From an uncultured candidate division Zixibacteria bacterium (GTDB lineage Bacteria > Zixibacteria > MSB-5A5 > GN15 > FEB-12): 64,000 bases of DNA. The position numbers were made by a program, and so were the translations under genes. The notes below the pieces were generated by a model. It had not been told where the DNA came from. It was given only the letters and a program-made list of their open reading frames with translations, and did not search any database. This document shows, piece by piece, positions 1-9,251 of this stretch (positions within the stretch are counted from its first letter, which is position 1; the number at the start of each line of letters is the position of its first letter). The stretch lies in assembly GCA_963735035.1 (NCBI GenBank), contig CAVTJJ010000004.1:640001-704000 (forward strand), in the 5' to 3' direction.

Positions 1-218
<218 letters not shown>

Positions 219-320
219 GTTCGGCGGCGATACAATTCTGGGGGGAATCCCGCCGGGTCGGTCCGTGCCGGGGATTAATCTTTCCAAGCCATCGGTTGTC
301 ATACTTACAGAACTGAATTT

Positions 321-884
321 ATGATAGGTGTAGTCCCAGAGACGCTGGAAAGTCTGGCCGAAAAGGCCTTAGCCGGAGACCGGCAGGCGTTTTCCGCCAT
401 CGTGAGGCAACTGATGACTCGGGTAGCAGCATTGACATATCGAATAACCGGCGACCGCGAAACGGCGTTGGACCTGGCCCAGGATACATTTGTGTCGGCC
501 TGGGAGAATCTCCGCACCTATCGCGGGGAGTCAGGATTTGCCAACTGGGTCTTTCGGATTGCCACCAACAAGTCATTGAATCATATCAAAGCAGTCGCCC
601 GGCGTCGGTCCGATGACAATTTCGATTTGGACGAAATAGAAGCGTCCGACCCCGGTCCGGAACGCCTGATGCACCGTCGTGAATTGGCCGAACAGGTGCG
701 CGATTTTATGGTAACGCTCCCGCCGCAGCAACGGGCCATTTTCGAGCTCAGGTTCTACAAAGGAATGCCTTTTGAAGAGATCGCTAACGCGCTCGAACGG
801 GCGGTCGGGACGGTCAAGACCGGATATCGCGAGGCGATCAAAAAGCTGCGTGAACATGCCGTTGAAAAAGGATGGCAAACATGA
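321..884 (+). CDS. ECF-family RNA polymerase sigma factor
   Basis: 187 aa; region 2 (DLAQDTFVSAW...FANWVFRIATN) and region 4 (LPPQQRAIFELRFYKGMPFEEIA...VGTVK). Confidence 0.92.
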   Translation: MIGVVPETLESLAEKALAGDRQAFSAIVRQLMTRVAALTYRITGDRETALDLAQDTFVSAWENLRTYRGESGFANWVFRIATNKSLNHIKAVARRRSDDNFDLDEIEASDPGPERLMHRRELAEQVRDFMVTLPPQQRAIFELRFYKGMPFEEIANALERAVGTVKTGYREAIKKLREHAVEKGWQT

Positions 885-1450
885 ACTGCGAAAGAGTTCG
901 TGAAGAGTTGGAACTCGGATTCGGTACCGGATCAATTTCCGCCGAAGCGGCTGAGCATCTGAAAGAGTGCGAGACTTGTCTTGCCTATCAGCATGAGTTG
1001 GATCAACTGGCGCCGAGTCTCGGTCACGACGAGAATTTCGCTCTGTCGAAGGCGGAGATCGAGCGGGCGGTCCGCGCTGTGGAACGTCGGATCGAGCCGG
1101 AGCGCGCCAAGAATGTAATTTCGTTCGGTTGGTTCAGCCCGGTCGTGCGCGCGGTCGCGGCGGTGCTGGTGCTGGCGTTTGCCTATGGTGCCTATGAACT
1201 AGGCCGGATGCACGGCGATACGGCCCCGGTCGAGTTCGCTCAAACGACGGTTGATACCGGCTATGGCAGTGTCGGTGCTTTTATGCAGAGCCAACTCGAC
1301 GGCGAGATGGATGACGGCATGGTGAGCGCGATCATTCGCGATTACAGTGCCAATACTAGTCTGGGAGCGAGCGATGCGCTTCTGGACGATATCAGTGTGG
1401 AAGAACTAGAATACCTCAAGAAGAATCTCGAGGTAGGAGATATGCTATGA
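881..1450 (+). CDS. zinc-finger (ZAS/zf-HC2-like) membrane anti-sigma factor
   Basis: ATG 881 overlaps the sigma stop (ATGA); MNCERVREEL...EHLKECETC (HxxxCxxC) followed by one TM helix. Confidence 0.8.
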   Translation: MNCERVREELELGFGTGSISAEAAEHLKECETCLAYQHELDQLAPSLGHDENFALSKAEIERAVRAVERRIEPERAKNVISFGWFSPVVRAVAAVLVLAFAYGAYELGRMHGDTAPVEFAQTTVDTGYGSVGAFMQSQLDGEMDDGMVSAIIRDYSANTSLGASDALLDDISVEELEYLKKNLEVGDML

Positions 1451-2088
1451 TGAGATTCAGGAATTCCCTGATGGTCATGATCTGCCTGGCAGGAGTAATG
1501 GTTTTTGCGACGGCAGCCATGGCCGATGAGGCTCAAGCACCATCGGCGGCCGCAGGCACTATTGACGTGTCCCCGCCGGAGCTTCCTTACTTCGCGCAGG
1601 CGCCGGACGACCCTGATCATCATGACGGTGATCGGATGCACGGTCAGTTCGGAGAGCCGGGGCAGAGACGGAAGCATCTCGAAGAACTTCGCATGCTCAA
1701 GATGCTCGAGTTGCTGAACCTGACAACGGAACAGGAAATTCCGTTCCTTACCGCGTTCAATCAGTTGCGCCAGGACCAGCGAAGTATCGACCAGAAGGGT
1801 GATGTCCTGCTCGACAGCATGGCCACCGAAATGGCTCAGGCCAAGCCCTCCCAAGCGCGCCTGAAAGATTTGATCGCGCGAACCAAGGTGCTCGAGAAGA
1901 AGCGAATCGAGAGGATGAACAGTTTCATTGACCAGATGGATACGCTGCTTACCACCGAGCAGATCGCCAAGTTGATGATCTTTCAAAAACGATTTGAAAT
2001 GGAGCTGTTGGAACAGATTGGTCGGTTTCGTCGCGGCGGTATGCAGGGCGAACCGTCCGAAGGGCCGCACGACAGCGGCGGCTTCTGA
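1447..2088 (+). CDS. Spy/CpxP-like periplasmic helical protein
   Basis: Signal peptide (AAMA-D); LNLTTEQ and LLTTEQ (LTxxQ) motifs; coupled to the anti-sigma gene. Confidence 0.75.
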   Translation: MMRFRNSLMVMICLAGVMVFATAAMADEAQAPSAAAGTIDVSPPELPYFAQAPDDPDHHDGDRMHGQFGEPGQRRKHLEELRMLKMLELLNLTTEQEIPFLTAFNQLRQDQRSIDQKGDVLLDSMATEMAQAKPSQARLKDLIARTKVLEKKRIERMNSFIDQMDTLLTTEQIAKLMIFQKRFEMELLEQIGRFRRGGMQGEPSEGPHDSGGF

Positions 2089-2111
2089 CATTGACCACGC
2101 TCGATATAAGC

Positions 2112-2141
2112 GTAGGGCAGAACCCCCCTGGTGGTTCTGCC
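2112..2141 (+). repeat. GTAG-headed REP-like hairpin
   Basis: GTAG-G-GGCAGAACC-cccctggt-like loop-GGTTCTGCC: GTAG followed by an inverted repeat (GGCAGAACC/GGTTCTGCC), intergenic. Confidence 0.55.
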
Positions 2142-2204
2142 AATGAGACAAAGCCACCAAGCAAAAGACATGTAAGAATCAGTTAATAGAAAGGAAAGAA
2201 TAAC

Positions 2205-2831
2205 ATGAGAAGAAGTATCATCACTCTGATCGCGGTCGCGTTCCTGCTGCCGCTGACTCTCTCGGCTCAGCCGGGACCGGGGCCCGAACCGGGTCGCCCG
2301 ATGGGACACGGCATGATGCTGGGCGAAGGGGCCCCGATGCCGGATCGCCATAATCATATGGAGCGGGGCATGGGCGGCGGTTGCGAAGGTGAAGGCGGCC
2401 CCGGGATCGCTCAAATGATGAAGATGGCTGACGAACTCGGGCTTACCGATCAGCAGCGCGAACAACTCAAGAAGATGCAGACCGAATTCAAACTGCAGAT
2501 GATCGATCGCCGGGCCGCGGTGGAAAAAGCAGAAGTAATGCTTCGCTCAACCATGATGGATGACAAGTCAACCGAAGCCGAAGTCGGTCGGTTGATCGAC
2601 CAGGTGGCGGGGATGCGGGCTGATGTGCAGAAACTTCGCTACTCGCACCACAAACAGATGAAAGGTGTGTTGACCGCCGAGCAGGTCAAGAAGTTCGGCG
2701 AATTGCGCAAGGATTGCATGGGCAAAGGCGGCGCCGGATGCATGGGCATGGGTATGGGCATGGGCCACGCCGGCTGTATGGGTAAAGGCGCCGGTGGCGA
2801 CGACAAGGGAGAAAAAGAAGACAAGGACTAG
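2205..2831 (+). CDS. Spy/CpxP/ZraP-family periplasmic protein with Met/Gly/His/Cys-rich ends
   Basis: Signal peptide; ELGLTDQQ and VLTAEQ motifs; tail DCMGKGGAGCMGMGMGMGHAGCMGKG. Confidence 0.8.
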   Translation: MRRSIITLIAVAFLLPLTLSAQPGPGPEPGRPMGHGMMLGEGAPMPDRHNHMERGMGGGCEGEGGPGIAQMMKMADELGLTDQQREQLKKMQTEFKLQMIDRRAAVEKAEVMLRSTMMDDKSTEAEVGRLIDQVAGMRADVQKLRYSHHKQMKGVLTAEQVKKFGELRKDCMGKGGAGCMGMGMGMGHAGCMGKGAGGDDKGEKEDKD

Positions 2832-2930
2832 ATGTCTTGCCCTAAGTTCGTCGACGGTGACGCACACGAGATGCGCGGAAGCCAGTAGTTTCGAAAATTC
2901 TTCTTCCTTCATCATTGTGTTACACCCTGA

Positions 2931-2961
2931 GAGGCCCGCTTACCCGCGGGCCTTTCGTGTT
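2931..2961 (+). terminator. probable intrinsic terminator
   Basis: AGGCCCGC-ttaccc-GCGGGCCT followed by ttcgtgtt, downstream of the ECF operon. Confidence 0.55.
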
Positions 2962-2975
2962 GTGGGGGCGTACCC

Positions 2976-3800
2976 CACCCATCGGGTGGGATTTGGAACG
3001 GGGCACCTAGCCCCGTCATGCCCGACTTGGTCGGGCACCCATGACCACTCGCGTCTGCAAAAATTGAACGGCTCACTGTAAGGCGGACGTGGGATTGAAA
3101 ACCCAGGAATGGCGGGTTCGAAGACGGACCCGCCCTACAAGAGTTGGCGGTCATTATCTCTCTTGGCAGCGTCGTTTCCCATTCCATCGCGACAACCAAT
3201 AGGCCCCCGACGCCTCGGGGGTGACGGCCTACCGGCCGTCTGTTTTTTTGCTGAGGCCCCCCCATCGTGTGGGATTTGAAACGGGGCGTCTAGCTCCGTC
3301 ATGCCCGACTTGATCGGGCACCCATGACCACTCGCGTCTGCAGAAGGTAAAGGATTCACTTGAGGTCAGACGCCGGATGGGAACGTCTTCTGCGCACGTA
3401 ACGGTCGATGCAAGAGAAGAATTTCTACGATCGTCAGTTCTCTCGATTGCGTTGCTTCTCACCCAATCGCGGCAGCCCATAGACCCCCGACGCCTCGGGG
3501 GTGACGGCCTCTCGGCCGTCTGTTTTTGCTGCGGCCCCCCATCGTGTGGGATTTGGAACGGGGCACCTAGCCCCGTCATGCCCGACTTGGTCGGGCACCC
3601 ATGACCACTCGCGTCTGCAAAAATTGAACGGCTCACTGTAAGGCGGACGTGGGATTGAAAACCCAGGAATGGCAGGTTCGAAGACGGACCTGCCCTACAT
3701 GAACTGGCAGTCATATGTCCCCTCGATTGCGTCGTTTCACTTTCTACCGCCGCTGCCCATGGGCCCCCGACGCCTCGGGGGTGACGGACTGTCGGCCATC
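2976..3800. repeat. three tandem ~280-bp composite palindromic (REP/BIME-like) units
   Basis: GTCATGCCCGACTTG(G/A)TCGGGCACCCA at 3015, 3298, 3575; CCCCCGACGCCTCGGGGGTGAC at 3204, 3484, 3764; GGC(G/A)GGTTCGAAGACGGACC(C/T)GCCCTAC at 3111 and 3671; units 1 and 3 are near-identical over ~160 bp. Confidence 0.92.
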
Positions 3801-3892
3801 TTTATCAGCGCCCCCTTGTGTCAATTCCTGTCAGCATGTCAATATGGCAGTTTGGACTTGACACGCCAATACCGCCCGCATAGCTTAAGCCC

Positions 3893-6148
3893 ATGCCTCT
3901 GAATAAGAAAGCGGTCCTGGAGTTCGTTCGAGCTCAGGCGGATCGTCCTCTCAAAGTTAAAGAGCTCGCGGCCGCGATGGAAGTCTCGCCGAAAGACTAT
4001 CCATCCTTCCGGAATGCGCTCAAGCTGCTCATGCAGACCGGGGAGATCGTCAGGCTCAAACGGGGGAGGCTCGGTATCCCCGATCAACTCGGCGTGGTCA
4101 TCGGCACGATTTCCATGACCCGCAAGGGGACCGGCTTTCTGATCCGCGAAGGCGAAGAGGTCGACCTGCTCATCCCGTCGTGGGACGCCCACACCGCGCT
4201 CGACGGCGATCAGGTGATGGCGCGGCTCAAGGGGAAAGTCGAAGGGCGCGAGGCGGCGTCAGTCATCAAAATTCTGAAACGGGCCGACCGCAACATAGTC
4301 GGCATCTTCACAACCGAGCGGCAATTCGCCTGGGTGAAACCGGACAATCCGAAAATCCATCGCGATATCTACATCCCGCTCGACCAAACCGAGGGGGCGC
4401 AGAACGGCGAGAAAGTTGTCGCCAAGCTGATGCTGTGGGATGACCCGCATCTGAACCCCGAAGGACGCATTCTCGAGAGGATCGGTTTCCCGAACGATCC
4501 CGGCGTCGACATGCTCACGATTATCAAGAGCTACGGTTTTCCGGAGTCTTTCCCCGCGGAAGTCATGGACCAAGCAGAGCGGGCGGCTACGAAACTCGAA
4601 GAGGACCCCCAGGCACATCGGCTCGATCTCAGTAATGAGTGCATATACACGATTGATCCGTTCGACGCCAAAGACCACGACGATGCGGTCGGTGTGACCG
4701 AGACCGCCACTGGGTATCGGCTCGGCGTGCACATCGCCGACGTGTCGTATTATGTCGAGGCCGGTTCGGCGCTCGATGTCGAGGCGTTCAACCGGGGCAA
4801 CTCGGTTTATCTCCCCGGTATGGTCGTCCCGATGCTGCCCGAAGTCCTCTCGAATGATATCTGTTCACTCAGGCCAGACAGAAAACGGCTGGCACATTCG
4901 GTGTTCATTGATTTTGATCGTCACGGCAAGATGTTGAAATGGGAGTTGGCCGACACGGTCATCAATTCCAAGGCGAAACTCTCCTACGAAGAAGTCCAGG
5001 ACCTGTTCGACGGCAAGCCGCCGAGCGAGCAGGCGAGCAAAGTGGCCGACAATCTTCGTTTGGCACGACGGCTGGCTAATCTTCTAACCGCCCAGCGCAC
5101 GGCGGGTGGGTCGCTCGATTTCGATCTCCCCGAAGCGAAGATTACTCTGGGCAAGGATGGCGAAGTGTTGGAACTGGGGAGCCGGGTGCGGCTGGAGTCG
5201 CACCGATTGGTCGAGGAATTCATGCTGGCGGCCAATCAGGCGGTAGCGCTCGAAGTCTTCCGCAAGGCCCAGCCGTTCCTCTATCGTGTGCATGACAAAC
5301 CGAATCTGGAGAAGCTCGAAGCCTTCTCCTACATGATGGAAAAGCTGGGGCACAAATTCCCGGTGTCGAAAACAATGCGACCGATCCAGTTCGCCCGCTT
5401 TCTCGAAAGTGTCAAAGCGACCCCCGAAGCGGATTTTATCAACGAACTGCTGTTACGCTCCATGGCCAAGGCGGTCTACCAGCGCGAGAACATTGGCCAC
5501 TTCGGCCTGGCCTTCGCACATTACACGCATTTTACGTCGCCGATTCGCCGCTACCCCGACCTGCTGGTGCATCGACTTCTGCGAAAGCTCAGAGGCGGAC
5601 ATTATCCCGTGGCGTTTGCTAAGCGAGTCGAGAGTGTGATCGACAATGTCAGCAAGCACTGTTCGGCAACGGAACGTACGGCTGAACAGGCCGAGCGTGA
5701 GGCCGTTCGAGCAAAACAGGTATCCTACATGTCCGAGCACCTCGGTGACGAGCATGATGGGGTCATCAGTGGCGTGATGCCGTTCGGATTCTTCGTCCGG
5801 CTTCACCGACTCGGGGTCGAGGGTTTGGTGCGCGTGTCAACTATCGATGATGATTTCTATCGCTACGACGAAGCCAACTACCGCCTGATCGGCAGCCGTA
5901 CCAGGAAAGCCTACCGCCTGGGCGACGCGGTTCGAGTCGGTGTCATGAAAGTCGACAAGCTTCGCAACGAGATCGATCTGTTTGTATCGCCGGTTGAGGG
6001 AGCGACCGAAAAGAAACCGACCAGGCCGAGACCGGGGATCAAAGAGCTGAAGCCGCGAGTAGCGAAGAAGGCGAAAAAGGGGAGAAAGGAAAGAAAGACA
6101 AAGAAGACGAAAGACAAAGGCAAACGTCTGGGGAAGCGTCGCGAATAG
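3893..6148 (+). CDS. rnr: ribonuclease R
   Basis: 751 aa; N-terminal HTH and cold-shock domains, RNB catalytic motif TIDPFDAKDHDDA, HFTSPIRRYPDL, S1 domain, Lys-rich tail. Confidence 0.96.
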   Translation: MPLNKKAVLEFVRAQADRPLKVKELAAAMEVSPKDYPSFRNALKLLMQTGEIVRLKRGRLGIPDQLGVVIGTISMTRKGTGFLIREGEEVDLLIPSWDAHTALDGDQVMARLKGKVEGREAASVIKILKRADRNIVGIFTTERQFAWVKPDNPKIHRDIYIPLDQTEGAQNGEKVVAKLMLWDDPHLNPEGRILERIGFPNDPGVDMLTIIKSYGFPESFPAEVMDQAERAATKLEEDPQAHRLDLSNECIYTIDPFDAKDHDDAVGVTETATGYRLGVHIADVSYYVEAGSALDVEAFNRGNSVYLPGMVVPMLPEVLSNDICSLRPDRKRLAHSVFIDFDRHGKMLKWELADTVINSKAKLSYEEVQDLFDGKPPSEQASKVADNLRLARRLANLLTAQRTAGGSLDFDLPEAKITLGKDGEVLELGSRVRLESHRLVEEFMLAANQAVALEVFRKAQPFLYRVHDKPNLEKLEAFSYMMEKLGHKFPVSKTMRPIQFARFLESVKATPEADFINELLLRSMAKAVYQRENIGHFGLAFAHYTHFTSPIRRYPDLLVHRLLRKLRGGHYPVAFAKRVESVIDNVSKHCSATERTAEQAEREAVRAKQVSYMSEHLGDEHDGVISGVMPFGFFVRLHRLGVEGLVRVSTIDDDFYRYDEANYRLIGSRTRKAYRLGDAVRVGVMKVDKLRNEIDLFVSPVEGATEKKPTRPRPGIKELKPRVAKKAKKGRKERKTKKTKDKGKRLGKRRE

Positions 6149-6157
6149 AAAATCATT

Positions 6158-7603
6158 ATGGCCAAAGAACAGATCAATACAGTCATCCCCGGCGTCATCA
6201 TTCTGACCGACGAAAAGACACGTGGAGCTTCTGAGATAGACTGGTCACGTATCGGACTCGTTGTCGACAGTATCTCCCTGCTCTATCAGACCGTCCGTGA
6301 GCAGTCAGTCAGTCTGGTGCTGGTGGACGCGAATCGGCACGATGTAAATCAAGCGGTGGCGATCAAGATTCGGCGCCCCAACGGTCTGACCGACATCTGG
6401 CGATTGGTTGCAACTGAGGCAGCACCCCAAAATCCCGAGCCATTTTTCGACGGGGTCATGCCGCTTGATCTCGGAACCGATGGTATCGCCAAGCGAATCA
6501 CACAGGTAATCGCCGACAAACACCTGCTCGAAAGCTACGGGATGATTGCCCGCTCGGGTAACATGCGGGCGTTGGTGCGGACGATCAACCGGATCGCTCC
6601 GACCGATGTCTCGGTGTTGATCGTAGGGCCATCGGGATCCGGCAAGGAGCTTGTTGCCCATGCTCTTCACAAAGCCTCGCTGCGCGCCAAAGGGCCGTTT
6701 GTCGCGATCAACTGCGGAGCGATCTCCGAGGGTTTGCTGGAATCGGAATTGTTTGGCCATGAGAAAGGGGCCTTCACCGGCTCGGTGGGCAAACGTGAGG
6801 GGTTGTTCCGCAAAGCGGAAGGCGGGACGATCTTCCTCGATGAAATCGGCGAGACCAAACCGGACATGCAGGTAAAACTACTCCGCGTGCTCGAAGATGG
6901 GACGTTTTATCCGGTTGGTTCGTCGGTGCCTGAACGGGCCAATGCCCGCGTGGTCGCGGCAACCAATCGCGATCTGACCGAGTCTATTGCCGATCGAAAT
7001 TTCAGAGACGACTTGTATTTCAGAATTTCCGCCGTCAAACTCGTGGTGCCGTCATTGATTGAGCGTCGGGGCGACATCCAGCCGCTTCTGCAACACTTCT
7101 GGCGCGAACACAAGGGGCTGGATTATTCCGGAAGCGCCCTGGAACGGCTCATGCGGTATGATTGGCCGGGAAATGTTCGCCAGTTGCGCAATTTTGCGTC
7201 GCGCATGGCCGCCCTCAAGCCTGCCGGATTGATTGAAACCGACGACGTTGATACCTTTCTTGCCGAGCAGCATTCTTCCGCCAAGCATCTGCCGGTTTCG
7301 ACCGGCCGCACAGTTGACGAAGCCGGGCAGGAGTTGATCTACCGCGCTATCCTCTCATTGGGGAACGAGGTCCGCCTGCTGCGTAATCTAATTACTTCGA
7401 ATCTCCCCGGAGAGTCGACAGCCTCCGCCGAACCGGTTGAATCTCAATCGTTCGATTCCGGCTCAACTATGGAAGAGATGGAAGAGGCGCTTATCAAGAA
7501 GGTCCTGCGCGATACATCGGGAAATAGGAAAGAAACGGCGCGCCGGCTCGGTATCGGCGAACGAACTCTGTATCGAAAGCTTGCTAAGTTCAACCTGAGG
7601 TAA
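6158..7603 (+). CDS. sigma54-dependent enhancer-binding protein (Fis-type HTH) with atypical N-terminal domain
   Basis: Walker A GPSGSGKE, ESELFGHEKGAFTGS, Walker B IFLDEIGE, WPGNVRQL, C-terminal HTH GNRKETARRLGIGERTLYRKL. Confidence 0.92.
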   Translation: MAKEQINTVIPGVIILTDEKTRGASEIDWSRIGLVVDSISLLYQTVREQSVSLVLVDANRHDVNQAVAIKIRRPNGLTDIWRLVATEAAPQNPEPFFDGVMPLDLGTDGIAKRITQVIADKHLLESYGMIARSGNMRALVRTINRIAPTDVSVLIVGPSGSGKELVAHALHKASLRAKGPFVAINCGAISEGLLESELFGHEKGAFTGSVGKREGLFRKAEGGTIFLDEIGETKPDMQVKLLRVLEDGTFYPVGSSVPERANARVVAATNRDLTESIADRNFRDDLYFRISAVKLVVPSLIERRGDIQPLLQHFWREHKGLDYSGSALERLMRYDWPGNVRQLRNFASRMAALKPAGLIETDDVDTFLAEQHSSAKHLPVSTGRTVDEAGQELIYRAILSLGNEVRLLRNLITSNLPGESTASAEPVESQSFDSGSTMEEMEEALIKKVLRDTSGNRKETARRLGIGERTLYRKLAKFNLR

Positions 7604-7604
7604 G

Positions 7605-9251
7605 ATGGTGCGGACGGGGTGGAGGATATTCGGGTTGCTGCTGATTCTTGCGGGTGCGACCGTTTTCGGGCAGGAGTTCTCGCAGGAAGTCTATCCATCC
7701 GAGGACGAACTGTGGGAGGCGTTGCGCGAAGGTATCATCACGTATGAACAATACGAGGTGCTTCGTGACATAATCGAGCAGGGAGTGGATTCGACGAACC
7801 GGCATCTCTTGGACCAGATTCCGAATCTAATCTACCTGATGGAATCCGACACGGCCCTGGGCAATTCCCTGGAGTCGGAACAGTCGTCCGGATTTCGCAA
7901 CGTCGCACATGACCGGAGCAAGCCTGAACTAATCAGCGGAAGGATAGCATATCGATACTCGATGCTCATGGATGAAGACCATAAGTCATGGTATCAGGGT
8001 CGGGCGAACCTGTCGGCGCTGGATAACTGGCGAGCGTCCTGTCGAATCAGTCGTGAGCGAAGCGGTAAGGAGCGGTTGACCGCACGTAGTCTGGGATACA
8101 GCGATCGATCAGGTCCGGTGCGGCGAGTCGAGATTGGGACATTCACAACGAGGTTGGGGCTGGGATTACTCTTCGGACATCGGGGGCGTGTTCTCGAAGC
8201 ATCGTCTGGTTTGGGCGGCGAATCCTGGCTCTATCCCAATTACGGCGGATATAACGGTGTGACGGCTGAGCTGCGGACAGGGAATCTATCGATTCGACCA
8301 TTGGTGTCCTCGGTCCGTGATTCGACCCATCGTCTTACCGCAGGGGGTGTCGAGGTTCGGTCAATCGTAGGAAACTTCAGGCCGGGCTTGATCCTGGGAG
8401 GTGTCACACTGAAGAATCGTCGTAGCGGCAACAGAATTGATCTTCCGGCGGCGTCAATCGTGCTCGAAGATAGCTACTCATCAGGAAGCATTGTCACGGA
8501 AATTGGCCGCCAGTGGAGTACCGGGACAAGCGTAGGCAGCATGATCGCCGAAGGGAAGCACCGGTTCGAATCGGCAGAATTGCGGTATGCCGTCTGGCAC
8601 TATGGTGACGAATTCGCGGATCTCACCTCCGGGAGCAAGTCGGGCGCACTCTATCAGGCTGACACCCTCGAATCGGTCGACTTCGAATATCGGAGTCGCC
8701 GGTCTGGTCAGGCGGGAGCGGTGCTTCGGACGGCCATACCACTCAGCAAAAGCATGACCTTTTCGAACGCGCTTCTACACGCCTCAACCTCCCGTGCTGA
8801 CACCCGCCGCGAATTCTCTTCCGATCTGGCCTACAAAGTAAGCTCCGACTACACGTTGAAATTGTCATATCTTGGCAACTGGTGTCATCAGGCGCTAAGC
8901 GATCCGGCGGACTGGTCCAATCATCAATTTCGAATGGAAGGCCTTTATGATTGTGACCGGATCAGGGCGAGATGTTATATTGGCTATCGGGTCGACAGCC
9001 GATCCGATGATGGTGCGGCGTTGTTTCTGTCCGCGAGGTATCGCAGCCCCGACGGGACCGCGTACGAGGTCTGGTCCAATTTCTCGAAAATTGACCTCGA
9101 CGCGCTGGACGCCTGGTATGTGTACGGGCGCGGATCGTGGCGGCTGTCCGAGGAACTGAGTTGTGGAGTCAAGATGAGTCACTCTTACAGTCGCGTGTCG
9201 GCGATACGCCACTCGACCCAAGTTTCACTGGAGTTGACGGCCGATCTATGA
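7605..9251 (+). CDS. putative outer-membrane beta-barrel protein with N-terminal helical (HhH-like) segment
   Basis: Signal peptide; acidic helical N-terminus (DSTNRHLLDQIPNL); long stretch of alternating aromatic/Gly/Ser beta strands ending in QVSLELTADL. Confidence 0.55.
   Translation: MVRTGWRIFGLLLILAGATVFGQEFSQEVYPSEDELWEALREGIITYEQYEVLRDIIEQGVDSTNRHLLDQIPNLIYLMESDTALGNSLESEQSSGFRNVAHDRSKPELISGRIAYRYSMLMDEDHKSWYQGRANLSALDNWRASCRISRERSGKERLTARSLGYSDRSGPVRRVEIGTFTTRLGLGLLFGHRGRVLEASSGLGGESWLYPNYGGYNGVTAELRTGNLSIRPLVSSVRDSTHRLTAGGVEVRSIVGNFRPGLILGGVTLKNRRSGNRIDLPAASIVLEDSYSSGSIVTEIGRQWSTGTSVGSMIAEGKHRFESAELRYAVWHYGDEFADLTSGSKSGALYQADTLESVDFEYRSRRSGQAGAVLRTAIPLSKSMTFSNALLHASTSRADTRREFSSDLAYKVSSDYTLKLSYLGNWCHQALSDPADWSNHQFRMEGLYDCDRIRARCYIGYRVDSRSDDGAALFLSARYRSPDGTAYEVWSNFSKIDLDALDAWYVYGRGSWRLSEELSCGVKMSHSYSRVSAIRHSTQVSLELTADL

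Noticed and set aside
2976..3800. CRISPR array
   Set aside because: Period is ~280 bp, the intervening sequences are related to each other rather than unique 30-40 nt spacers, and no cas genes are present.
2794..3902. Short ORFs across the repeat cluster
   Set aside because: They are translations of the palindromic repeats (same peptide recurring) with no RBS or protein motifs.
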